From the IMG/VR virus record IMGVR_UViG_3300005573_000004, positions 64,001 through 128,000 of that record: DNA of 64,000 bases. One strand, 5' to 3'. The position numbers were made by a program, and so were the translations under genes. This document shows, one piece after another, positions 48,536 to 59,800 of this stretch. A model generated the notes under the pieces. The model was given only the letters and a program-made list of their open reading frames with translations, was not told where the DNA came from and did not search any database. Position 1 is the stretch's first letter; each line of letters starts with the position of its first letter. The stretch is from a virus.

Positions 48536-48877
48536 ATGAAAGATTTTCAAAGGATGTATAAAGCATTAAATGTTAATCCAGGAGAAACTAAAACACTTAT
48601 TATTAGTAGAACTGAAGCTGTTAATAATAAATTTGCTTTTGTCTTTAGTGGAGTTGACCGTTCGGATGTAATAAATCATGCAAAAATATTGATAACGGCT
48701 GGAGCTGAGGATAAAAAAATTGATTTAGTACAATGTGGAAGTCGTGTTTTAGCTTGCGGTTTTCATGCGTGTATTCTTGTAGTAGATTACCCTATAATGA
48801 GTGATATTGAAATAATACTTATTGGGCAGCAAAGAAGTGGTGTTATATCACTAGGTGTTCATGCAGGAAATGATTAA
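48536..48877 (+). CDS. Small beta-rich protein, tandem paralog B
   Basis: Near-identical ends to 48164..48499. Confidence 0.7.
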   Translation: MKDFQRMYKALNVNPGETKTLIISRTEAVNNKFAFVFSGVDRSDVINHAKILITAGAEDKKIDLVQCGSRVLACGFHACILVVDYPIMSDIEIILIGQQRSGVISLGVHAGND

Positions 48878-48901
48878 ATAAACTCTAAAGAAAAGGAGTT
48901 T

Positions 48902-50788
48902 GTGGATATGTATTTAGTACATACAATTAGAATAGCATTAGCAAAAGAACAAATGGAAGAGAAGAAAGCATTTATAGTAGAAAATATAGTAGATGTCGCA
49001 TTAAATCTACTAGATAATAGAAATCTTATACAAGCTTTAATGAAACTTAATCCATTTGTTGTGATTGAAAAAGGTACATATAAAACTACATATAAAGCTA
49101 TAGAAACTGTTGAGATTGAAAATTTAATTAGATATATAGTATCTTCTCATTGGCATGATATTTTATGGAAGTTTGCAAGCTTAGATAAAGACGACTGGAG
49201 TAAAGACGCATTTATAGCAGTATCTAATGTTTATTTAAATAAATATTTAAGTAGATTAGAACAGGAGCAAAAAATAAAGAGAATATTGAATCCTTTGTCA
49301 CCTGATTCTTATCATAAAGATAAAGATTCTGTAATATATTATAAAATCCTTCCAGAAGGATATAGTATATCTGGAAGGAAATCCATGAAAAAGTATTTGG
49401 AAGAACAGGAACCTACATATGCTAGTTATGTTGACGAATTAGTAACATCGCTTGATCGTAGAGCAACTCCAAATGATTATGTAGCGAAGCTCTTAGAATT
49501 TATTTTTAAATATCCAAATAAACCAGAAGTTATGTGGATATTAAATACTGTCAATAAATCTTTTTTTACTATAAAAAGAAAGGATGGATCTACATCATAT
49601 ATTGATAATGAATTATACGATGCAGAACTCTTTAAACTTTTACGTGAAAAGAATATTTCTGATAAAAATTTACCCTTATATGAACTTTTAGCAAAAACAG
49701 TTGAAGACTTAACGCCAGAATTAACCGATTCACAAACCAGAATTTCATTTGATAAATTAGTAAGGGATAAGAATATTATTAATCAAATTATTGATAAAGT
49801 TAAAACTAAGGAAGGACTTACGCAATTTTTTGCTAAATTTTTAGATAATTATAAAGCTCATATAGAGAAAAAACGAGAAGAACGAAAAAATCGCCAGTCT
49901 GTTTATGCGGTTACAGTTTCATTTAAATCTAAAAATGATGATGATAATGGTAAATATAAAGATTTAGACGCTGTTCTTGAAGAATTACCTGACGACTCAT
50001 ATACTGTTGAGGATTTGAATGATAAAATATATTTTTCCGATAAGCTTGTTAGGATGATTTATGCACAAGTATTAGCAAACATATTACAGCAAAATGTATT
50101 TCCAAAGATGAAAGCAATACTTAATACTGATGAGATTGCGAATATTATAAAAGATATTATTGAAACATTATTAAAAGAATGGCACCTTGATACAGAGATA
50201 TTAGGTTTAGAAAGCTTTACACCATCGATAGCTTCACAATTTCAAAAAGTATTAATAGATTTATTAGAGAGAGAGCTTAATCCACAAAAGTTGTCGAAAT
50301 ATTTTGATATTCAAACAACTGTTGACGATACAAGTAGTATTATTAACTTACGTAATGTATTTTTTGAAGTGACAGAAGAAATAATTAAGGAAGCTATACA
50401 AAAATTAATACGTATATCTGCTGGAACTTCTGGAACTCCTGGAACTCCTAGAACTCCTGGAACTTCTGGAACTCCTAAAACTCCTGGAATAGTTGGAATA
50501 AAAATATTTGAGACGCGAGCATTTCAAATTGCTCTTGCTGCGGCTTTAAATGTAAGAGTACTTAGATCTATTCTACCTGAAGTTGAAAGTAACTTACAAA
50601 ACAACTTTGAAACTGTAAAAACTAACTTTATAAACTTTCTTCTTGGGTCTAAAAAGAGTAAAAAAGATAAAAAATATATTGAAGACTCTACGGAGGGAAT
50701 ACTTAGTGATATAATTAATGAAGTTAAAATTTTGAGAACAAATGTAAGCAGACGTAACAATCAAACAGAAAAAACGCAAAACACATAG
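48902..50788 (+). CDS. Large helical hypothetical protein
   Basis: ORF track; 9-bp GGAACTYCT repeat near 50420-50490. Confidence 0.6.
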   Translation: MDMYLVHTIRIALAKEQMEEKKAFIVENIVDVALNLLDNRNLIQALMKLNPFVVIEKGTYKTTYKAIETVEIENLIRYIVSSHWHDILWKFASLDKDDWSKDAFIAVSNVYLNKYLSRLEQEQKIKRILNPLSPDSYHKDKDSVIYYKILPEGYSISGRKSMKKYLEEQEPTYASYVDELVTSLDRRATPNDYVAKLLEFIFKYPNKPEVMWILNTVNKSFFTIKRKDGSTSYIDNELYDAELFKLLREKNISDKNLPLYELLAKTVEDLTPELTDSQTRISFDKLVRDKNIINQIIDKVKTKEGLTQFFAKFLDNYKAHIEKKREERKNRQSVYAVTVSFKSKNDDDNGKYKDLDAVLEELPDDSYTVEDLNDKIYFSDKLVRMIYAQVLANILQQNVFPKMKAILNTDEIANIIKDIIETLLKEWHLDTEILGLESFTPSIASQFQKVLIDLLERELNPQKLSKYFDIQTTVDDTSSIINLRNVFFEVTEEIIKEAIQKLIRISAGTSGTPGTPRTPGTSGTPKTPGIVGIKIFETRAFQIALAAALNVRVLRSILPEVESNLQNNFETVKTNFINFLLGSKKSKKDKKYIEDSTEGILSDIINEVKILRTNVSRRNNQTEKTQNT

Positions 50789-50801
50789 GAGGTAGTAAAT
50801 T

Positions 50802-52520
50802 ATGGCATACACATCGCCAGGCGTTAGAATTACAAATCAATTTCAACCACTTGCAAATCCGGCTGTAGGTGGCGACAGATTATTAGCTATTGTAGGGAAA
50901 ATACCAACAAATCCAAATCTTTTTCCAAGATTGAATGTTGAGGCTAGGAGAGCAAATTCAAACCCAGATGCAATAACATTTTTAGTACCGGATCCATCTT
51001 TAGGTACTATCTCAGATAATCAGCGTGTAGTACGTATATGGCAAGGAGGTACACGATATAATCCAGCTCCGGCAGACCATATTTATACAGTAACTCACGG
51101 ATCATCAGGTGGTACAGATACTATAACTACTACTTTATCAACTCCAGCTTCAGGTGCAAATGTTCTTGCTGTATATAGCAAAGTAGGAACAAGCTTTGTT
51201 AAATATATAGCAGGGACAGATTATACTTTTACTTTATCCAACGGATCAGGAGGCGAATTACAAGTAACTATTGATTGGTCGCCGTCCGGAAGTGAACCAC
51301 CAGCAAATGAAGATTATGTTGTAGTTATTGAAGATTCGTCTGTAGATTATACATATGCAGTAGATGATACTGTGGAAGGTAAAGTGACTGTATATGTATA
51401 TTGGGGTACAATTTCTAGTAATAAACCAGAGACTGGATCTGCTTATATGGCTACTGTAATATTACCATTTCCATATGATAGACAGATTATTACGTCTACA
51501 GATGAAGCATATCGTATGTTTGGACCGGTATTGGACCCGACAAATCCAGATCCTTCAAATGCATTTTATATTAATGAATTAGCAATGGCAGCTTATTTGG
51601 CATTTAACGAAGGTGCTGGACAAATTATGCTTGTTCCGTATGATACAACTACATTAACATATGAAGCTGCTCTTGATTTGCTTAAATCGGATGATTTACC
51701 AAATATTATAACAGGTATTGATTCAACGGTAATTCAATCTGGTAATCCATCATTAAATAACAAAATTATTAATCATGTTGAAGATGCTAGTTCTCAGCAG
51801 TTTCAGAAATTTCGTATTGGGATTTTAAATCCGTCAGTTGGAGATTTCAATGATGCTAAAAGTAAATATGCTAATATGGTAGCACTTGCAGATTCTCGTC
51901 GTATAATTATAGTAGGACCATCGCAATTAACTTTTAAAATTCCTATACCAGGAACAGGTGAATATGTAGATTTTAAAACAGATGGTGGTTATGGTGGAGT
52001 AATTTTAGGAGCTATGATGAGTCGTATTGAATATGATTTAGCAACTTCTATGTTACGTAAACCTTCTCGTACTATTTTTAAGGTTCGTAAAGATCAAGAA
52101 TGGGATGATAGGAAATTAGATATTATTGCAGCTTTAGGTATTACATTATTTCAGAAAATGGATGGAGTTTATAAATGCCGTGAAGATATAACGACATCTC
52201 AATCTGGAACAATTTTTGAAGCCGAACCGACTATTACTATGATTTCTGATAATATTGCAAAATCTGCTATTAAGGTATTAGATGCAACAGTTATTGGAAC
52301 TAAACTTTTATTGCCTACAACATTAGAAAATATAAAAGCACGACTCATAAGTATGTTGGAAAATAAAGCAAAGGCTCCATCTATTATTATAGGTTATGGA
52401 TCACCAGAGATTTCAGTAGATAGTACTGATCCTAGAAAAATTAATGTAGTTATTCCAGTTCAACCAGTTCAGAAAGTTAGAGAAATCAATGTTACATTTA
52501 GTTATGTAGCATCACTATAA
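50802..52520 (+). CDS. Contractile tail sheath protein
   Basis: MAYTSPGVRI N-terminus; C-terminal DPRKINVVIPVQPV..INVTF; inserted Ig-like (GTDY) domains. Confidence 0.9.
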   Translation: MAYTSPGVRITNQFQPLANPAVGGDRLLAIVGKIPTNPNLFPRLNVEARRANSNPDAITFLVPDPSLGTISDNQRVVRIWQGGTRYNPAPADHIYTVTHGSSGGTDTITTTLSTPASGANVLAVYSKVGTSFVKYIAGTDYTFTLSNGSGGELQVTIDWSPSGSEPPANEDYVVVIEDSSVDYTYAVDDTVEGKVTVYVYWGTISSNKPETGSAYMATVILPFPYDRQIITSTDEAYRMFGPVLDPTNPDPSNAFYINELAMAAYLAFNEGAGQIMLVPYDTTTLTYEAALDLLKSDDLPNIITGIDSTVIQSGNPSLNNKIINHVEDASSQQFQKFRIGILNPSVGDFNDAKSKYANMVALADSRRIIIVGPSQLTFKIPIPGTGEYVDFKTDGGYGGVILGAMMSRIEYDLATSMLRKPSRTIFKVRKDQEWDDRKLDIIAALGITLFQKMDGVYKCREDITTSQSGTIFEAEPTITMISDNIAKSAIKVLDATVIGTKLLLPTTLENIKARLISMLENKAKAPSIIIGYGSPEISVDSTDPRKINVVIPVQPVQKVREINVTFSYVASL

Positions 52521-52531
52521 GGATCAATCGC

Positions 52532-52981
52532 GTGAATATATTAGAAGCTAACAGATATTTGAAGAGTTTGAAAAAATCTCGTGTCAAAAACAGGATGAAA
52601 CTCTCTTTTACTGTTAGTAAAATTCTTCTTACTGCTATTGAGCGTGGCGGATCTTTTAAAAAAGAGATTCCTCAAGTTATAGAAGAACGTTTTAAAAAAC
52701 AACCACGTCCAATTAAAGAGGATATAAGACAACTTATTATTAAGATGCAATCAAGTGTAAATAAGGAGTTAATCTACAATCTCTCTCATATTACAGAAGT
52801 TGCACAAAAACTAGATAAAGACCAAAACGATTGGAGTGCTTTAAGATTATTAGTAGGTCCAAAATTATTGGACTTTTTGTCAAAACATATTGACATGACA
52901 GCTAAAGAATTTTTCTACAAATTGATTGGTAATAGCGGACAATTGGATAAAATATTTGATACTACAAATCATATCTTATAG
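52532..52981 (+). CDS. Basic hypothetical protein between sheath and tube genes
   Basis: ORF track; GTG start. Confidence 0.5.
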   Translation: MNILEANRYLKSLKKSRVKNRMKLSFTVSKILLTAIERGGSFKKEIPQVIEERFKKQPRPIKEDIRQLIIKMQSSVNKELIYNLSHITEVAQKLDKDQNDWSALRLLVGPKLLDFLSKHIDMTAKEFFYKLIGNSGQLDKIFDTTNHIL

Positions 52982-52994
52982 GAGGTAAAATATT

Positions 52995-53540
52995 ATGGCG
53001 AATCTTTACGGTCCTTCAGCTCCAGGAGTTAGGACTCAAACAGTTTTTAGTTTACAAGTAGTTATAGGAAGCTCAGTTATAGAAAGCTCCAATAATACAA
53101 CTGGTACAACGAACTCAACAGATGTACAAATTGGAACAGCAACTGAACTTAGTCCTAACCACGAACGTTCTAATACGCTTATTGGTGGTGTAGGTATAGG
53201 TGATAGAATAATGGAGATCGTTCCTGGACGTTCAAAATATTCTGTTTCCTTAAAAAAATTTTCACTATGGACAAAAAGACTGGCGGAAATTTTTGGATAT
53301 AGTAGAGATTTCAGAATGTTAGCAGAAATGCAAAAACCTTTTGATATTAAAGTTTATCACGTTAATCCAAATAATAAAGATGAAGTTGAAGTTACCATAT
53401 ATAGGAATTGTGTGATTAGAAGTTGGAGACGTAGACAAGAATGGTCTGATGAAGTAGTTATTGCAGATGATGTAGAAGTTGATGTTACTTCAATAGATGC
53501 AAATAAAACACTATGGCCATCATTAAGTGAATTATTCTAA
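52995..53540 (+). CDS. Tail tube protein
   Basis: IG.....R....G.G...EIVPG, PFDI and YRNC.I motifs; follows the sheath gene. Confidence 0.8.
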   Translation: MANLYGPSAPGVRTQTVFSLQVVIGSSVIESSNNTTGTTNSTDVQIGTATELSPNHERSNTLIGGVGIGDRIMEIVPGRSKYSVSLKKFSLWTKRLAEIFGYSRDFRMLAEMQKPFDIKVYHVNPNNKDEVEVTIYRNCVIRSWRRRQEWSDEVVIADDVEVDVTSIDANKTLWPSLSELF

Positions 53541-53562
53541 ACTAATTTAAAGGAGGTGCCCA

Positions 53563-53928
53563 ATGGGAGCACTTGAAGATTTAAAAGTTCTTATTATGGA
53601 AGGAATGCTAGAGAAGGAAGTTGAAGTAAAATTAAAGGACAAGGTTTTTAAATTTAAAATTCGTACTATGACGCTTTTGGAAGATTTAAAGGCTATGCAG
53701 GACGCAGGTTTAACTGATGTTCCTAAAAATGGTGTAGAAAACTTTAATTATATTCTTGCTGCTATTCCTTATATTGTTAAAGAAGTTAATGGAGAACCAG
53801 TCAAACCTGAAACTCTTAAAGAATTTATCGGGGTATTTCCCGGTGATGTTGTAATGCAAATATTTGACGCATATAATCAATTACGTTCTAGAGAAATAAA
53901 AGCAGGTGAAGAACTAAAAAACTCCTAA
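53563..53928 (+). CDS. Tail assembly chaperone (G-like)
   Basis: Between tube and tape measure genes; ends ELKNS at a slippery site. Confidence 0.78.
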   Translation: MGALEDLKVLIMEGMLEKEVEVKLKDKVFKFKIRTMTLLEDLKAMQDAGLTDVPKNGVENFNYILAAIPYIVKEVNGEPVKPETLKEFIGVFPGDVVMQIFDAYNQLRSREIKAGEELKNS

Positions 53929-54008
53929 ACGACTCCGAGTTTCGTGCCTATTGGCAATTAATAAGATCCGCGGCCGGGGTCGTTAGTGAGGAAAGATTTA
54001 GCGGATCT
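53916..54008 (+). promoter_or_regulatory. Programmed -1 ribosomal frameshift signal (A AAA AAC plus pseudoknot)
   Basis: Heptamer 53916-53922; the -1 frame is open into 54054..54317; stems 53928-37/53975-84 and 53964-71/54001-08. Confidence 0.82.
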
Positions 54009-54317
54009 AAACGTACCCCAAATAGATTACAACTTATTTGGTCGGTACTGAATATGCGATTAGATGAGGGTGTTCCAATAGAAGATCTTGAAGTTGCTGA
54101 ACAGGATATTTCTACTGTTCCTGATTTCTTTATTTTTGAATTATCACAACATATGTCTAGGGCTGATATTGCAAAGAAATTCCATACTACTGAAGAAGAA
54201 ATAGACAAAATCATTACGAGATATATCGAAGTAGCAGCTAGACTCAATCAAGTAAAAGAGAAACTAGACACGGAATTGCGAGAAAAATATAAAAATACAT
54301 CAGATAATATAGGGTGA
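53919..54317 (+). CDS. Frameshift extension (T part of the GT chaperone)
   Basis: Stop-free -1 frame from the slippery site; ATG 54054 has no SD. Confidence 0.75.
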   Translation, partial: KLLNDSEFRAYWQLIRSAAGVVSEERFSGSKRTPNRLQLIWSVLNMRLDEGVPIEDLEVAEQDISTVPDFFIFELSQHMSRADIAKKFHTTEEEIDKIITRYIEVAARLNQVKEKLDTELREKYKNTSDNIG

Positions 54318-54322
54318 CTTTT

Positions 54323-55975
54323 ATGGCAGATTTAGAATTAAATAAGATTATAGAAGAGTTAAAAAAGGCTACACAAGATCTCAAAGAAGTTTTTGAGATG
54401 AAAGATTTGGATGATAAATCTACCCTTCTTTTGACTAAACTTAAAGCTGTCGAAACCCTATTTGCCTCCCTTAATAAATTGGAAGAAAAATCTAAAACCA
54501 ATATATTAAATTTAACCAAAAGCCAAAAAGCTTGGACGGATGAAGCTAAAAAGACTAAAAAAGCTATTGAAGAAGCTTTTATAGCGAATGCGGAAAAACG
54601 TATTTCAAAGATGAAAGGTGTTGATTATGAGGAACAACGAGCTACTAATGAAATGGTCGGACAGCTTCGGTTATTGCAGAGAATTGGAGATAAAGAAACA
54701 GCATCATTAGCTACTAATAAACTTCGTGTATATTACACTACTGTTTGGACAAAACAAGTTGGAAATGCCCTTCAAATAGCTAAACAGTTTACATCTGAAG
54801 AAGGAATGGCAGGAGGGCTTAGTAGCTTAGCTACAGCTGGAATTAGTAAAGGTCTAGGAAGTATTATTGGAGGATTAACAGCTGGGGGTATTGGAGCAGT
54901 TTCAACTTTTATGGTAGGGATTATCGGTGTAGGTACAATCGCTTATAGTCTTTATCAAAATTTGCATCAGTTAAAGGATCGTGTAGCTGGTTATACTACT
55001 ATGATAGGATCAAGTACAAAATCCAGTTATGAAGTAGCCAGACAAGCTGAATTTTATTCTGGGACTCTTGCTAAAGCTTCTCACGATTTTGCTATGAAGA
55101 CAGACGAAGTAAGATCAGCTCATAGTATTTTTGCTCAGAATTTAATGGTTGAATCAGAAGATTTTTTTAATATTCTGAAAAGTGGAACAAAGAGTTTAGG
55201 AGGTATCCGTCGCTATGCTACAGCATTTGGACTTTCTTATGATGATGCTACTCAAGCATCTATACTTTTAACTAATACACAACGTAAATTAGTTGGAGCA
55301 AAAAAAGCTGAAGAAGCAGCTACTAAAGATTCAATTTATTTATTTTCTAATTTAAGATATGCAGCTAGGAAAACTGGTATAGCACTTCCAGCTTTAGAAA
55401 GAGCTGCCAGAAGTGCTGTTTCTTCTACTAATGAATATGCTACATCTGCAGAATCAGTTAGCAGAATGATGACTATGCTTTTGACTCAAAAAAGTTCGGT
55501 AGCTCCTGCTACAGCTGAACAAGCTGCAAGCGATGTGGCAGCTATTACTAGTGCTATTAGAAGTATGCCATTAACAGCAAAAATGTTAGCTATGCCTCAA
55601 GCAGGTTTAGGAGCAGGGATTGAAATGATGGGATTAGATCCTATGCAATTATTAGAAAAATTTAGGGGGCTAATGGGAGGAAAACTCATGTTTTCAGATG
55701 CAGATTCACCAGCTATAAAGCAATTAAAAATGCTTTTAGCTAGTTCTATTACTGGAATTCGAAATGATAGGATGCTTTATCAGATGTTAGATAGGAAATC
55801 ATCTGAAACTGCTAAAGCGGACCTTACCCGATTTGAACAAGATAAACAACTTATAATGAACGCCGATAAAAATCAAAAAGATACACAAGGATTTACGATT
55901 GCTTTTGCTCGTGCTATTATTTCATTATTAACACAACTGAACAATAGTTTAGCTATTTTAGTTGGTGGAGGCTAA
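54323..55975 (+). CDS. Tape measure protein
   Basis: Ala/Gly/Ser-rich helical protein with a hydrophobic segment, directly after the chaperone. Confidence 0.75.
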   Translation: MADLELNKIIEELKKATQDLKEVFEMKDLDDKSTLLLTKLKAVETLFASLNKLEEKSKTNILNLTKSQKAWTDEAKKTKKAIEEAFIANAEKRISKMKGVDYEEQRATNEMVGQLRLLQRIGDKETASLATNKLRVYYTTVWTKQVGNALQIAKQFTSEEGMAGGLSSLATAGISKGLGSIIGGLTAGGIGAVSTFMVGIIGVGTIAYSLYQNLHQLKDRVAGYTTMIGSSTKSSYEVARQAEFYSGTLAKASHDFAMKTDEVRSAHSIFAQNLMVESEDFFNILKSGTKSLGGIRRYATAFGLSYDDATQASILLTNTQRKLVGAKKAEEAATKDSIYLFSNLRYAARKTGIALPALERAARSAVSSTNEYATSAESVSRMMTMLLTQKSSVAPATAEQAASDVAAITSAIRSMPLTAKMLAMPQAGLGAGIEMMGLDPMQLLEKFRGLMGGKLMFSDADSPAIKQLKMLLASSITGIRNDRMLYQMLDRKSSETAKADLTRFEQDKQLIMNADKNQKDTQGFTIAFARAIISLLTQLNNSLAILVGGG

Positions 55976-55980
55976 GATAT

Positions 55981-56880
55981 ATGGATATTAATAATTGGCA
56001 ATCAAGTCTTGGTCAAAATTTAGGACAAAATTTTGACGCCTTTAAAACTAAAATTAATATGTGGAATCAAGCTATTAATCTTTATGCTTCAACTAGTCCA
56101 GGTGGAGCTAGCAAGGATTTTGATTTACCTTTAGCTACTAGACTATTAGCTATTTCTGTATATGGAAATAATTTTTTAGAAACAGTACTTCCAGCTCTTG
56201 TTATGCCAGTTAATCCAAAGCAACTTAGAGTAGATCATAAGAAGAAGAGTAGTTATAGATATACATTGGGTGGATTTGTATTGAATCATTGGCATCCAGA
56301 CTTAACTACGATTACAGCTAATGGATATATTCCATCATTTCAGGGAAAATCTAAACCACTATCTTTATCTTTTTGGTATTTTATGGCTTTATTGCAGTTA
56401 TATAGAAAATGCGGTGAAGTGGATACTACTGTCGCGCCACCGGTACCGGCAGTACTACCGATGGATTCTATTATGAATTCTCAGCAACCTACTATTCCTC
56501 CGGATTTACCTGCTTCTGCTGAAGGAGAACCTCCTATGCCTTCAGAAATGGAAACTTCGCCAACTACTACTGTCAATTTAATAGCCCAACAAACTTCATT
56601 ACGTAATGCTGAACTTGTATTATGGTATAATACAGATATTTATATAGGAATTTTTACTAATTTTACAATAGAAGAAGATGAAGAACATCCAAACACACTT
56701 TTATATAATTTTACTTTTTCTGCAAGATCATACAGAAATATAATTGGAGACACTATTCCAATTGCAGATATTGTTCGTGGCACTATTGATACTGTTATTG
56801 GAATTTCAGCATTAAAAGGTACTTTTGCTGGACCAGGAAGTTCTTTAGATGTTGGGCCAGCAGGAAAAATTTTCAAATAG
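55981..56880 (+). CDS. Baseplate tube-initiator-like protein
   Basis: MPVNP, TLGG...HW and Y.G.F.NF.I.E....P....YNFTF motifs. Confidence 0.65.
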   Translation: MDINNWQSSLGQNLGQNFDAFKTKINMWNQAINLYASTSPGGASKDFDLPLATRLLAISVYGNNFLETVLPALVMPVNPKQLRVDHKKKSSYRYTLGGFVLNHWHPDLTTITANGYIPSFQGKSKPLSLSFWYFMALLQLYRKCGEVDTTVAPPVPAVLPMDSIMNSQQPTIPPDLPASAEGEPPMPSEMETSPTTTVNLIAQQTSLRNAELVLWYNTDIYIGIFTNFTIEEDEEHPNTLLYNFTFSARSYRNIIGDTIPIADIVRGTIDTVIGISALKGTFAGPGSSLDVGPAGKIFK

Positions 56881-56888
56881 GAAAAATT

Positions 56889-59800
56889 ATGGCTGATTTA
56901 GATTCTCTAAAACAATTAATTCTATCAAATAATATTGGCCAGATAACTAGAGATAATGTAATTATTCAAGCTCCTGATATTCTTATTTATAAGAATAATA
57001 TTAACGTTTTTAAAGGCGGAGCACCTCTTGAAGCAGCTGATTATGAAATTATGAGTTTACCATTCAATCAGGAAGTTGCTGACTTTAGATTAATTAGTTT
57101 AACTATTAACGCTGATACAAATCCTAATCCACATACTGCGAGTCTACAATTTGCAATCCCTACCGCACAAAATGATACAAAAGTAACATATGTTACTGAA
57201 TTAGACCTTCCAAATGAAATGGATAAATGGTATTTGATGGACCGTGTAGAAATCTGGATTTCACCAAATAAAGGAGTATTACCATATATACGTTCATTTG
57301 TTGGATGTGTAACATCTTTATCTTATGAAATTCGTGAGTATCAGTTTATTTTTACTGTTCAGTTAAAGGATATGATGTTTTGGCTAGATCAGGCTAGAGT
57401 ACAAACTAACTGGTCCATGTTTGATTTAGCTCTTCGTCGTCCACAGTATATTACAGACCCAAAAGATACATCTAAATGGATGATTTATTCTAATAGATTT
57501 GCTGGTCTTAATTTTAGACATTTAATTGAGAAAGTGTTATTTAATCGAAAAGTTAAAGATTTACCATATAGTGCAATAGCTGGGTCTAAAGTTGAAGGTA
57601 ATCCAAAAGAGTATGATTTATATGAAAATGAAGAATTTAATTTATTACCAGTTTATAGTGCTGGAGAAATGTATGCTATTTTAGCTTCAGTTGGAATCAA
57701 TCAAAGTCCGGTAGCAGAGCTTCCATATAGTTCTAAGTTTAGGAATGCTGTAGTTAACTCTATTCAAAACGCTCCTGGTGGAGCAATTGCGAAGCAACTT
57801 CCACAAGGTTCTGATTCTACAAAGCTTGGTATAAATGCTAATGTAATAGCACAAAAAGTAAAATCTGTTGATTCAAACCCTCCATTACAAGTAAATGATA
57901 TTGCTTTTGGTTTTGTTGAAAATGTTGCAGAAGCAGAAGAATTACGTGCTATGCAAATTAGAAATCAAAAAGCCATGAGTTTATATTGGGAATTTGCATT
58001 TTTTAGTTATATAAGAGAGAATTATATTTCTTTAATACGAGAAGATGATATAGCTCTAATGCCTTTTCCTTGGGAATCTGATTCTAATTCGTTAGTATTA
58101 TATGAAGGAAAATTTTCTTCCAGAGGGCAAATTATTAGACAATTGTCAGAACAAACTCTATATGAAATTTATCAATCTAATCAAGGATTTATATTTGTCA
58201 AACCACCATTATATAACGCTCCTCCTATTAATAATATTCAGGCTTCTGAAATTTCAGATATAGTTAAACAGGAAAATATTGATCCAGTTTTAACTTCAGC
58301 AACTACAGAAGGTATTATAGACTGGAAGACTATGGATAAAGAAATGCCGCAAGTAACTATTCCTAAAAATGAATATCCATTTGTATTAGGTGCCTATCAG
58401 ATATTATTTCCAAAAAATTTTAAACTGGAGACACCAGAAAATTTTGATTTTAGAGATGATGCTTTGGCATTTAGAGTACCAATTGATTCTGTTCCTGCTT
58501 ATACTCAGATTTGGATCCAGTTACAAAACGAAAATGATAGATTTGTCAAAGACTCATTAGTTCTTAAATTAAAAGAGGAAGTTAAATCAAATGGTCAAAT
58601 AGTTAAACTTGATCCTTTAGTAGGGGAAAAGCCTCAAGTTTTAATCAATGTTATGTTATGGAAATTTTATTATAAAGTATTAGATCCAGTTCAAATTTCA
58701 GCTTTAAACTCTGGTTTAAATGCTCAAATATTTTATTTAGAGTTTAGTACGAAAGGCAGAACGGTTGGTACTGTTGTTGCATTAGATCTCTTTTTTGCTT
58801 TTATTGAAGAATGGCTACTTGCACATATGAAAGACTTTGGTATATCTGATCCTGTGCAGATTCGAAAAATTAATTATAATATTTACACTAAAATTAAGCA
58901 GATTTTAGACACAAATAGGGTAAATACGAATAAAGAAAGTGGCGAGATATCGAACCAGGCAGTTGTAGAAGAAGAACGTCAAAATGAAATAGAGAAATTT
59001 AATAATAATGATTTATATCAAACCATTATTAGTAGTTTCTCACCCACAACATCAGGATCTTTTAGTCTTATGGAAAGATTTTTTATTTCACCTGGTGGAT
59101 ATCAATCTGTAGATGCCTATGTTGAAGCAACATTTTCTTATAAGAAAATTAATTTGGACCCCTCGTACAAACAAGAGAATGCACAGTGGATTAGTGAGGA
59201 AGTTAGAAGAGTACATCCTTCTAATTTAGAAAAACCTACGGTTTTAATATTAATCGGTGGAATACTTGCAGCAGAAAGCTACAAACTTAAATCATATTCT
59301 ACAGGTGAATATAATATTATGCAGCATGGATTTAGAGACGTAAAATTAAATAATAATTTAATTCGTTCTAATTTAGGAGCATCGGTATTTTCTAAATATT
59401 ATTTATATAAAAATAATGTTCAGGCTAAAACTTATACATTTACGCTACAAACGTTACGTCCTGATATTGTGCCAGGATTTCCAATATTAAATACTATAGA
59501 TGGATGTGTATATTATGTGCAATCTATAGCTTTATCACTTACTGCAGGAGAATCTACTCAAACAACTGTAACTTGTGTTGCAAGGAGGCGTCCACTTTTT
59601 GGACTTACTGACTATGTAATAGAAGAAGGTATTCTTGGGGATGCAAATAATTATTTAGAAGCTCTATCTACTTGGGAGCAATATTCAGAAGAAACATTAG
59701 ATGGATTACCCATTTTTACTACATCATTAGAAGCAGCATCAAATCCAGCGTATACTTTTTTAGGATGGGAAATGTATGGTCCATCTGATAATGATTTAGG

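Noticed and set aside
48164-48877. Diversity-generating retroelement (TR/VR pair)
   Set aside because: Differences are not adenine-specific, both copies are intact genes, and no reverse transcriptase is in the window.
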